Source: a virus (taxonomy: Duplodnaviria > Caudoviricetes). From it: a stretch of 56,171 bases of DNA. Below the pieces are notes generated by a model that searched no databases, was not told the origin of the DNA, and worked only from the letters and a program-made list of their open reading frames with translations. The stretch covers positions 1 through 56,171 of the IMG/VR virus record IMGVR_UViG_3300049489_000406, one strand, 5' to 3'. This document shows, piece by piece, positions 27,563 to 36,004 of this stretch (position 1 is its first letter; every line of letters begins with the position of its first letter). The translations under genes were made by a program, and so were the position numbers.

Positions 27563-27597
27563 ATTTTCTCCTGCAATACCAAATTGCAGGAGAAAAT
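27563..27597 (+). promoter_or_regulatory. Perfect 15-bp hairpin occluding an RBS
   Basis: ATTTTCTCCTGCAAT-ACCAA-ATTGCAGGAGAAAAT; AGGAG lies in the stem, ATG at 27599. Confidence 0.6.
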
Positions 27598-27616
27598 CAT
27601 GAGACAACACCATCCG

Positions 27617-27872
27617 GAATTCCAGACGCTAAGGGGTATAACCCAGAAGCATCAATCCATCAAGAGCATGACAAATGAATTTTTCTAAGGGCTATCAGCC
27701 CAAACACGCAAAGCCTAACCACGACCCTGACAAAATTTGGATACCGCAGCATATCTTAGCGTTTTTTTAAAAACCAAAATACCGGAGAAAGTCATGAAAC
27801 AACATCATCCAAAAACGTCCAGAATTCCAGATGCTAAGGGGTATAACCCAGAAGCATCAATCCATCAAGAGC
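27617..27872. repeat. 51-bp direct repeat (50/51) within a degenerate ~205-bp tandem duplication
   Basis: GAATTCCAGA(C/T)GCTAAGGGGTATAACCCAGAAGCATCAATCCATCAAGAGC at 27617 and 27822. Confidence 0.9.
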
Positions 27873-27948
27873 CTGACGCTGTCTACGCGGTAAGCCCCCA
27901 ATCACAAAATCTATTTAGAACAGTTGTGGGGCGGCACGAGCGTAAAAC

Positions 27949-28605
27949 GTGTTACTATATATTAAAATTAGAAATTGTAAACGGCTAAACATGATACCCA
28001 TCACCTTATATAACATAGAGCTTTATAGCCACCACTCTTACTACGTGCATAACGTTGTAACCCACAACATATACGAATACCGGTGTGAGACTTGCGGCAA
28101 GACATTCAATTACTTATCCCTATTGACTCGTCACATGTACTCACATAGGACATTACCAAAGCCGTACATATGTCGCGTTTGTAGCGCTGCATTCAGTAAC
28201 CGTGGTAATCTGAATGAGCACATCAGAACGCACATTATGAAAAAAGACTACCAGTGTGTGTACTGCAAGAAATTCTTTACACGCAAACACTATAAAGACG
28301 AGCACGAACGCAGACACTTTGACTCACCAGAGTATGAGTGCGAGCATTGTGGAGAGAAAAAAGCACAGAGTAGCAATTTATACAAGCACATGCGCGAGAA
28401 ACATGGCGTAGAGCCTAAGAAATTCAAGGATGGGGGCGAGATCGCAGGAAGCGATGAAGCGGCGACTAGCCAAGAGAGCACGCATTTGGAGCCAACTGTT
28501 GCACCTGAACCTGCAATCGTTGAAGATGACGACAGCGATCTTGCTATAGCCCATAGTTATGTTAAAGAGCAGCTAGAAAAAGAGAAGAAAGAACACGATG
28601 GATGA
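27949..28605 (+). CDS. Intein-C-like peptide, four tandem C2H2 zinc fingers and an acidic tail
   Basis: LYNIEL...HSYYV.NVVTHN motif, then four C-x2-C-x12-H-x3/4-H fingers. Confidence 0.85.
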   Translation: MLLYIKIRNCKRLNMIPITLYNIELYSHHSYYVHNVVTHNIYEYRCETCGKTFNYLSLLTRHMYSHRTLPKPYICRVCSAAFSNRGNLNEHIRTHIMKKDYQCVYCKKFFTRKHYKDEHERRHFDSPEYECEHCGEKKAQSSNLYKHMREKHGVEPKKFKDGGEIAGSDEAATSQESTHLEPTVAPEPAIVEDDDSDLAIAHSYVKEQLEKEKKEHDG

Positions 28606-29128
28606 TCCTAAAAACAACGACTTATGGTATTATCTCTTGCAAATCTTGGGGAATGCCATCATGTTTTCATTAATAAAAACTCTATTTTCGTCATCACTGT
28701 CAGTGTCTAACAGGGAACGCAGGTTTTTGCTTTTCCTATGCGCATCCATGATTATACTTAACTTCTGGGGAACGTGGAGAAATAGCAAAACGCTTTGGAT
28801 GTTTCAAGATGCTATGAGTAGATTTTGGCTGGCTTTAGACATTACACAGCTAATCTATTGCTCGATGCTGTTTGGTTTTATCTATAGTGCGGCTCAGTTA
28901 CCGCAGTGGTTCAGGACTACTCTATTTATTACCTCATCAGTTTTCTTGCTAACGAATATCTATAATTTCATAGTCAACTTCTCTTATCTTCCGAAGGAGG
29001 GTTTATTTATATTTGTGATGTGGTTCATTAATAATAGTGGCATGGTATTGATCAGTGCTGTTGTTGCTTATTTCATCATATCGCATAAAATGTGGCTACA
29101 ATCCCAAGGATGCAGATATGAACCGTGA
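28598..29128 (+). CDS. Multi-pass membrane protein (about 5 TM); possible holin-like
   Basis: Five hydrophobic segments; directly upstream of the spanin-like pair. Confidence 0.55.
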   Translation: MDDPKNNDLWYYLLQILGNAIMFSLIKTLFSSSLSVSNRERRFLLFLCASMIILNFWGTWRNSKTLWMFQDAMSRFWLALDITQLIYCSMLFGFIYSAAQLPQWFRTTLFITSSVFLLTNIYNFIVNFSYLPKEGLFIFVMWFINNSGMVLISAVVAYFIISHKMWLQSQGCRYEP

Positions 29129-29415
29129 ATCCTTATATAGAATTTATTATGGGCGTAAAGAGTAACTTGTCAAAGAGAGTAGGTTTAATAGTAGCATTGT
29201 TGTGTGCGATAGGAACAATTTACTATCTCGGGTATAGAAACGGTGGAATCAAAACCGAATATAAAACAATAAAAGGCGATGAAGAATACAAGACAAAGGT
29301 AAGTAAAATGCAGTATCATGTTGGCGATAAAGCAAACGATTCTACTCAGAAAAGGAACGATGACCTTGATAGAGAAAGACAAGCTATACTTAAAGACCTT
29401 GATACTGTCTGCTAG
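29125..29415 (+). CDS. Putative inner-membrane spanin (Rz-like)
   Basis: Single N-terminal TM, GY..G motif, helical periplasmic part; overlaps a lipoprotein gene. Confidence 0.6.
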   Translation: MNPYIEFIMGVKSNLSKRVGLIVALLCAIGTIYYLGYRNGGIKTEYKTIKGDEEYKTKVSKMQYHVGDKANDSTQKRNDDLDRERQAILKDLDTVC

Positions 29416-29701
29416 CTTATTACTGTGTGGTTGTGATACTTACCCCGTCAAAATAATCACAGAGATGTACATGCCAAGATACTTAGTAACACCTGTTTCT
29501 GTAACTCCAAAATCCGTATCGCTAGAGAAAGACAATATTAATCTAATCCGTGCATGTCTCACACCCGACACTAAAAAATCTTTTAACCGGATACTGTACA
29601 ACTACTATGATAATTACTACGGGCTACAAATGTGTAATAATAAGCTGCTATCCATAGGTTCGTACATTGATGAATACAACAAAGACTTATTAAATCTTTA
29701 G
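29360..29701 (+). CDS. Putative outer-membrane spanin lipoprotein (Rz1-like)
   Basis: LLLCGC lipobox; Pro-containing N-terminal part; L.MCN.KL..I near the end; overlapped arrangement. Confidence 0.6.
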   Translation: MTLIEKDKLYLKTLILSASLLLCGCDTYPVKIITEMYMPRYLVTPVSVTPKSVSLEKDNINLIRACLTPDTKKSFNRILYNYYDNYYGLQMCNNKLLSIGSYIDEYNKDLLNL

Positions 29702-29761
29702 TTATTGATTTTGCTACGGACAGCGTATACACTTACCCCGTTGAAACATTTGGGGGATACC

Positions 29762-30331
29762 ATGAAGAAGATTACCACTTTACTTGCTTTTTTACTTAGT
29801 GTGAACGCAAACGCTGATGATACGACGCATCCCGTGCACGTTACGCTTTACATGTCCAAAAACGCTTGTGCGTACCTCGTAGACAACTCAACGGGTGCCA
29901 CTCAGTTTAAAGAACCCGTTGACGTGCCATACAACCTATTCGCTTACAATATTGGGCGTGATGGCGATACTCAAGTACGCGCACAGGGTGATTTTACGTG
30001 CTATGGCGCTACTTCTACAAATCAAAACGGGGTACTTGGCTACTTACCGCTACAGTATGCATACACTTATGCATATGGGAGGTGTGACGATAAAAAATCT
30101 AACACTTTAACGTCCACAATTTCCGGCGCTGAAACTCGCACTATCTTTGAGCAAAAAGGCTTTATAATTAACACAGATAAGACTTATATGCCGCCAAATC
30201 CTGCGTTTAACTTAGCACCTTGGCAATTCTTAAGCGCAGGTCAAGTGTGGGTAATGGCTGGCTGTACAAACTATGACAACATTAAAATTAACTACGCAAA
30301 CATTATAATTAATTTCACAAAAGAATCTTAA
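29762..30331 (+). CDS. Secreted beta-rich protein of unknown function
   Basis: Sec signal MKKITTLLAFLLSVNANA; GGGGGA RBS; four Cys. Confidence 0.7.
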   Translation: MKKITTLLAFLLSVNANADDTTHPVHVTLYMSKNACAYLVDNSTGATQFKEPVDVPYNLFAYNIGRDGDTQVRAQGDFTCYGATSTNQNGVLGYLPLQYAYTYAYGRCDDKKSNTLTSTISGAETRTIFEQKGFIINTDKTYMPPNPAFNLAPWQFLSAGQVWVMAGCTNYDNIKINYANIIINFTKES

Positions 30332-32760
30332 AACACGCTTGACGTAATCTTAGTAGTGGCTACTATAGAGTTTGACCCTGGATTATGCATCACACCCTCG
30401 TAGTATAGAAGGCTACAGCTTAAATCCAAGCCAAAAGTACCGTCGCCTCTCAGGTTACTGTTGAATATAGAAACCGTTCCACTCGCAGGCACTAATCCGT
30501 TACCGCGCTGTTTGATACTAAATCCAGTACCTGGGTTTTTACCGATTGATAGCAATCTATTGATATATAGATTGTTACCACGGTAGTCTATGTGCGGCAT
30601 ATTTACGCAGTTATCAATGTAAAGTAAGCTAAGATCAGTAGTACATAGTATCTGAGAATTGAGTACGCCCGTGCATTCGGTCATCTGTATTTGACAAGCT
30701 GAATTAGATGATGAATATGTAAGACCTGACGAGAAGTAACACCCTTTAAATATTATAGATGCACCTGTGGCTCCTGATATTGTAACCGTATTTTGAAAAG
30801 TGCAACTTATAAACGTGATGGTACCAGCGGTTACGCTAATTGTAGCGGCTTGGCTTATTTGAAAACCCTCGATAAGCGCAGTCCCAGAGTTTACAGTTAG
30901 CGTACCGTTCAAGACTGTGCTGCTAAACGACCCGAGAAACACCGCGGGTCGTGGATGTGCTGCACGCAGTCTTACAATTGTGCCAGAAGGTATTGTAACG
31001 TTTTCAACAAACGTACCTGGGAACACTATGTAGTTATTCGGCGATGACGCGGCGTTATTAACAGCCGTTTGTACAGATGATAGTGGATGATTTATAGACC
31101 CCGTACCCCCTGCTAGTGCCCCAGTTACAACAAAACCCTCCACCGCGCTTAAAGGATCCCACGAATCATAATTAGTAAGAGCCGTAGAGACGGTAGTAGC
31201 ACCACTGTATATTGAATTCGCCGGAGGCGAATAGTTTACGTTTGTAGCTGTTGCAGAGTTTCCTGTAATTGATATTCCCCACGTCCCTGACGCGCCGCTA
31301 CCCGTAACGCCAGGTGCGCCAACTGTGTTGTAGCTGATCGTTTGAGCAGCCGAGCCATTGAACGTTGTGCCGCTAACTGCCCCTGCGCCTGAATTGTTAA
31401 AAGTAACAGCGTTATTAGTGTTAACGTTTATGTTAGCGCTACCGTTAAATGATACGCCGTTAATAAGTCTGGCTGTTTGTAGTACTGTAGCGGTTCCGGC
31501 GTTGCCAGTAACTGAGATTCCCCAAGTGCCCGAGGCGTTAGCGCCAGTTATGCTAGGTGCGCCAATTGTGTTGTAGCTTATCGTTTGAGCAGCCGAGCCA
31601 TTGAACGTTGTGCCGCTAGCGCCTCCTGTGCCTGAGCTATTAAACGTCACGGCACTCGGTGTTGCTGCCGTGACTGTTATATCTGCACTACCATTGAACG
31701 ACACCCCGTTAATGAGCCTGGCTGTTTGTAGTACCGTAGCAGTTCCAGCATTACCAGTAACAGCTATCCCCCAAGTACCAGATGCATTTGAGCCTGTGGT
31801 ACTTGGGACACTCAACGTTTTTCTATCTACTGTTATTGCTGCTGAACCGTTGAAAGTAATGCCCGAATTGGCACCCAAAAAACCTGATGAAAAAGTCACA
31901 GCACTTGGTGTTGCTGCCGTGACTGTTATATCTGCGCTACCGTCAAATGCTACGCTATTAATAGCCCTTGGTGTTTGCAAAGTCGTAGCGGTTCCAGCGT
32001 TGCCAGTAACAGCTATCCCCCACGTGCCTGAGGCGTTAGTGCCAGTTATGCTAGGTGCGCCAATCGTGTTGTAGCTAACTGTCTGGGCTAGAGAACCGTC
32101 AAATGTTACTCCGCTAGCACCACCTGTGCCTGAATTGTTGAACGTTACAACATTTGGCGTTACTGCATTTAGCGAGATGTTTGTACTACCGTCAAACAAT
32201 ATGCCGTTAATTGTTCTCGGTGTCTGTAGCGTTGTAGCTGTTCCAGCATTACCAGTGATGCTGCCCGTGATAATCACATTAAAAGTTTTGGAACCATCAA
32301 TAACCTGCGTGCCTGTAGTCTTTACGCACGCATCTAAAGCTGCTTGCAAATCAGTTTGCGAGGACAGTGTACCGATAATCGAACCCCATTGAGCTACTTT
32401 ACCGCCCGATGGTATGCGATTCCATGTGTTGTTGGGCATAAAAATGGCTTGATCATCTACAAGCCAGCCTGTCTCACCGTCTAGGACTGTATTACCTGGT
32501 GTGGTTACTATCCACGTGTCACCCACAGTGCCAACGCCAGAAGCTAATGACCCTCCTGTCGATGTGACGTTAGTATCTGCGTTCCACGTTCCTTTAGGAT
32601 TTTTTACGCCAATTGGTAGGTACGTAACGGGTATTTTAGCTGTCGCATCAAGGGGAGCCACACCTAAAGCCACACCTTTTTGAGCTAGGGGTATTTTACT
32701 ATCAATATCTGCTTGCAGGCTTCCAGTGCCTAACACCGCTCGTCTTACTAGATTGCTCAT
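30328..32760 (-). CDS. Long tail fibre/spike with 83-aa repeats and a C-terminal beta-helix-like domain
   Basis: GVAPLDATAKIP and GTWNA.TN motifs; four TGNAGTAT.LQT.R.ING..F.GS repeats. Confidence 0.8.
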   Translation of the reverse strand: MSNLVRRAVLGTGSLQADIDSKIPLAQKGVALGVAPLDATAKIPVTYLPIGVKNPKGTWNADTNVTSTGGSLASGVGTVGDTWIVTTPGNTVLDGETGWLVDDQAIFMPNNTWNRIPSGGKVAQWGSIIGTLSSQTDLQAALDACVKTTGTQVIDGSKTFNVIITGSITGNAGTATTLQTPRTINGILFDGSTNISLNAVTPNVVTFNNSGTGGASGVTFDGSLAQTVSYNTIGAPSITGTNASGTWGIAVTGNAGTATTLQTPRAINSVAFDGSADITVTAATPSAVTFSSGFLGANSGITFNGSAAITVDRKTLSVPSTTGSNASGTWGIAVTGNAGTATVLQTARLINGVSFNGSADITVTAATPSAVTFNSSGTGGASGTTFNGSAAQTISYNTIGAPSITGANASGTWGISVTGNAGTATVLQTARLINGVSFNGSANINVNTNNAVTFNNSGAGAVSGTTFNGSAAQTISYNTVGAPGVTGSGASGTWGISITGNSATATNVNYSPPANSIYSGATTVSTALTNYDSWDPLSAVEGFVVTGALAGGTGSINHPLSSVQTAVNNAASSPNNYIVFPGTFVENVTIPSGTIVRLRAAHPRPAVFLGSFSSTVLNGTLTVNSGTALIEGFQISQAATISVTAGTITFISCTFQNTVTISGATGASIIFKGCYFSSGLTYSSSNSACQIQMTECTGVLNSQILCTTDLSLLYIDNCVNMPHIDYRGNNLYINRLLSIGKNPGTGFSIKQRGNGLVPASGTVSIFNSNLRGDGTFGLDLSCSLLYYEGVMHNPGSNSIVATTKITSSVF

Positions 32761-33023
32761 AATATGCTTACCTGAATATTTGTCGTACCGGATGCATTAA
32801 GTAGGCTAAAAAAATACTTGCTATTTTGCATCATATCTACGAGAAGCACATTATCAGACGTTTGAGCAAAATCAGTTAAAGCAAACGGAGTTAACTCGTC
32901 TTGTGAAACGCTAAGATTTACTGTAGCCCCGCCAAACGTTCCGCTTAATTGCACTTGCATAACTCCGCCACTATGTAGCATTGTAGCCGTTACTGGTAAT
33001 GCCTGTGTGAGATCGAATAGCAT
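32757..33023 (-). CDS. Small virion-associated beta protein
   Basis: VQLSGTFGGATV.L motif; coupled to the fibre gene. Confidence 0.55.
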   Translation of the reverse strand: MLFDLTQALPVTATMLHSGGVMQVQLSGTFGGATVNLSVSQDELTPFALTDFAQTSDNVLLVDMMQNSKYFFSLLNASGTTNIQVSIL

Positions 33024-33031
33024 AAAATACC

Positions 33032-33439
33032 TTAGACTATGTCTTTTAGTGCCCGTAGTTTATCATCATATTCAGCCTTACGCTTCACTATCTCCGTAAA
33101 AGTTAATGTGCAGTTTAAGAAAGGAAATTCGTAGACTTTTTTAAGGTCGTACATCGTATCTTTAGCGTCAACAAGCGCTTGGGCGTAAGTCATACCCTCA
33201 AACATCGCAGAAAAAATATCGTCCCTATATTGCAGCTCAGGCTTAACTCCACCTGTTTTAGTCTTCACCATCGGTAGATTTTTTTGTACAAAATAATCAC
33301 ATAGACTCTTCCAGTGCTCATCTAGCGTATTCATTAATTCGTGATATAGCGGTAAAAGTTTAGCAGTATCTGCTTTTGTACTGCTTTCTGTAATTGCAAG
33401 TACTGCGTCAATAAAACTATGTAATTCTTTCTTTTTCAT
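33032..33439 (-). CDS. Hypothetical protein
   Basis: ORF in the late operon; GAGG RBS. Confidence 0.6.
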   Translation of the reverse strand: MKKKELHSFIDAVLAITESSTKADTAKLLPLYHELMNTLDEHWKSLCDYFVQKNLPMVKTKTGGVKPELQYRDDIFSAMFEGMTYAQALVDAKDTMYDLKKVYEFPFLNCTLTFTEIVKRKAEYDDKLRALKDIV

Positions 33440-33626
33440 TGAGTGCAGCCTCTAGGTTTTCTAATAATTCACACGGTAACCCTGTAACATCTCCAAAAGG
33501 TATTATACATCTATGCGCAAATTTTGATAATTCATCTTCGGTCATAGGCACCTGTAATAAATCACACGGTAACCCTGTAACATCTCCCCAAGGTATTAAT
33601 TTTGATAATTCATCTTCGGTCATAGG
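33417..33626 (-). CDS. Small hypothetical protein with an internal duplication
   Basis: MTEDELSK...GDVTGLPC.LL occurs twice; GAGGT RBS. Confidence 0.45.
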   Translation of the reverse strand, partial: PMTEDELSKLIPWGDVTGLPCDLLQVPMTEDELSKFAHRCIIPFGDVTGLPCELLENLEAALNEKERIT

Positions 33627-33633
33627 CACCTCT

Positions 33634-35412
33634 CTAAGCTGTTCTAATATAGCAATAAAATGCATACGTATTAAAGTTTAAGTCATGATCATGAGCGGCG
33701 TTAGACCCTACGGGAGAAGTAAATGCCCAGGTATTATTGCTATCTGATCCTGCACCCAACCCCCAACGCGTATTAACTCCTCCATCAGTCCACAATCCCC
33801 AGATGGCTACGGGTCCATAAATACTAGTGCCCTCCCCAAAAGGTATGACGTGCTTGTGGGCTGGTAAATGTGCTTCGGTTAGTGTGGTACCACCAACTCT
33901 ACCTGAAAAAGGGTCAGTCGCGTTAGCTCTAAGCCCTCCGGCAGGTCTGTAACTTGAGGATATAACAAGATTGTGATGATCCCCCGCGCCACTTATTAAT
34001 GCCCATGTCAATGTGCCCCATCCAGGCACTATACTAGCAGGGTTAGTTATAACGAGTGGGTTCTGAGAGAAAAACGGAGTCCCTATCGGATATACTTTGT
34101 CTAACTCAACAAAAGTTGTTTTTGCAGATAGGGTTGCAGGCGTCACCCACCTAATCGTGTCTGTGCCCGCATTTATTTCATCTATCGAACATGCTCTGCC
34201 AAGACCTGAATACCGATATGGGTCTGGGTTAGTTGAGGGCTGTGCACTTTCATACCCCGCAAGGTACCATTGCGCACCTCCCGATACCGCAATGCACTCA
34301 AACATACCTTCGGAAACCGAATCTACAAACACCTGAATACTGTTTAAAGTTCCAGAAAATCTTCTTATTATGTCTGCCCCGCCTGCCTGTATTACAAAAT
34401 TTGTAGGGCTCGGGTTAGAGTTTATTAAAACCAAACGAATACTAAAAGTATCTCCGACACTCGAACGCACTGGGAGTTGTACATTAACACCCATATATAC
34501 TATTATTGTCCTTTTATCGTCTTTAGGTAGGATAGTAACAAGCGGACCAGGTGCAGGAAAAAGGGCAGGCGCGTTATTAAATATTATATTGTACCCGCCA
34601 GTATCGCTTTTACCTTCCAGATTATTGTCAGAATTAAGCCTTACTACAGTTGCTCGTTTAACAACATTAAAATTAGGGCTGTGATAAATAGCACTTACTA
34701 AATCGCCAACATTCAAATCCCCTGGCTGCATTGTCGCGCCACCTGAGTCAACAAGCGCAGGAGTAGCAACAATACTGCCAATTTTTAAAGTAACTGATCC
34801 TGTATTGATCTGATTAACGATAAAACTTATAGGCATACCATCATAAAGTACTAAAGGATTATGACCAGAAGACGCCGTAAGTGAATATTCATTACCAGAA
34901 TTTCCAGTTACTAAATAGTAATTATCTTGATTAACATCTTGTGTACTTATCGCATCATTTAGATTTTTGATAAGCATATCCGTACCGTCAAACATAACAT
35001 CTATGATAAATGTAGGTTGAATTTCATCTATGGGTATATGGCTTCCGTCTTTAAACTTAAGATTAAAAACGCCAGGAATACCACTTGAAAACGCTAGCGT
35101 GGGGTTGATGACGCTATTTGCGTTAGTAGCAATAAAAGAAAACTGAGCACCAGGGGATAGAAGTGCAGGAGCCTCTACACCTGTCTCGTGAGTTTTAAGT
35201 AAATAAGCCGCGCCAGACGATCCAGCATCTTCTACATAAGTTAGACGACTAGATGCTAAATTAATGACAGATTTTAGTATCTGTTTAGTGTCTGCGTCAT
35301 TAAACCCTTGACCTGAATCAGTAACAATACTTTTAAGCTCGTCATTAACTCCGATGTTAAAGTCCTGAGTGCTGTATTCGTCACCAATATTTTTTGTAGG
35401 TACGTTCTTCAT
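33634..35412 (-). CDS. Baseplate-attached tail fibre protein
   Basis: Follows the DUF2313-like gene; D..Q+LK.+ N-terminus; YPIG and LTEAHLPAHKH...H.H tip motifs. Confidence 0.8.
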   Translation of the reverse strand: MKNVPTKNIGDEYSTQDFNIGVNDELKSIVTDSGQGFNDADTKQILKSVINLASSRLTYVEDAGSSGAAYLLKTHETGVEAPALLSPGAQFSFIATNANSVINPTLAFSSGIPGVFNLKFKDGSHIPIDEIQPTFIIDVMFDGTDMLIKNLNDAISTQDVNQDNYYLVTGNSGNEYSLTASSGHNPLVLYDGMPISFIVNQINTGSVTLKIGSIVATPALVDSGGATMQPGDLNVGDLVSAIYHSPNFNVVKRATVVRLNSDNNLEGKSDTGGYNIIFNNAPALFPAPGPLVTILPKDDKRTIIVYMGVNVQLPVRSSVGDTFSIRLVLINSNPSPTNFVIQAGGADIIRRFSGTLNSIQVFVDSVSEGMFECIAVSGGAQWYLAGYESAQPSTNPDPYRYSGLGRACSIDEINAGTDTIRWVTPATLSAKTTFVELDKVYPIGTPFFSQNPLVITNPASIVPGWGTLTWALISGAGDHHNLVISSSYRPAGGLRANATDPFSGRVGGTTLTEAHLPAHKHVIPFGEGTSIYGPVAIWGLWTDGGVNTRWGLGAGSDSNNTWAFTSPVGSNAAHDHDLNFNTYAFYCYIRTA

Positions 35413-35416
35413 ACTT

Positions 35417-36004
35417 TTAAATCTCTATAAATTGAACATCAATATACGCGGGTTTGTAATGCTCAACTAAGCATTGATAGAGGCGTGCCGAAGGTGAGCC
35501 AAAAATAAAAGCTCCATACGTCGGGTCGTTTAATGGGTCAAAATCCATGTTAAATATATTATCAGGAGTTAAGCCTTGCATCGTTATAATTATCGTACCA
35601 AAAGTAGAATTATCAAAACCCGACAGCACTATGCCTAATAAGTCAGCCAAATGATAATAATCTTCTTTAGTAAACAGATTCAACGATCCAAGCTTGATCA
35701 TTATTTGTAGCGCTCGCGTTTCAATGCTGCCGCTAGTGTTAAAGCAATCGTCAGGAATCCCTAAAAACGTCTCCCAGGAATCGACAAATCGGTTACCCCT
35801 GGTTGGTAAAAACTGAGATGCTAACGTGTAAATAAGCGCTTCTGCCCTTCCAAACTCTATCGATAACCCTTTCAACAGCTTTCTAAAATTTGAATCTTCT
35901 ATATTTAACGCATCCCACATTTTACCAGTGGGCATAAGGTTAACCAAGGTTTGCACTAACTCATACTCAGTGCTCGGCGAGAAGTCTTGTATGTTAGCAC
36001 TCAT
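35417..36004 (-). CDS. Baseplate wedge protein (Mu gp48/DUF2313-like)
   Basis: L.NLMPTG..W, WE..LGIPD.C, C.....KPA. Confidence 0.85.
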   Translation of the reverse strand: MSANIQDFSPSTEYELVQTLVNLMPTGKMWDALNIEDSNFRKLLKGLSIEFGRAEALIYTLASQFLPTRGNRFVDSWETFLGIPDDCFNTSGSIETRALQIMIKLGSLNLFTKEDYYHLADLLGIVLSGFDNSTFGTIIITMQGLTPDNIFNMDFDPLNDPTYGAFIFGSPSARLYQCLVEHYKPAYIDVQFIEI

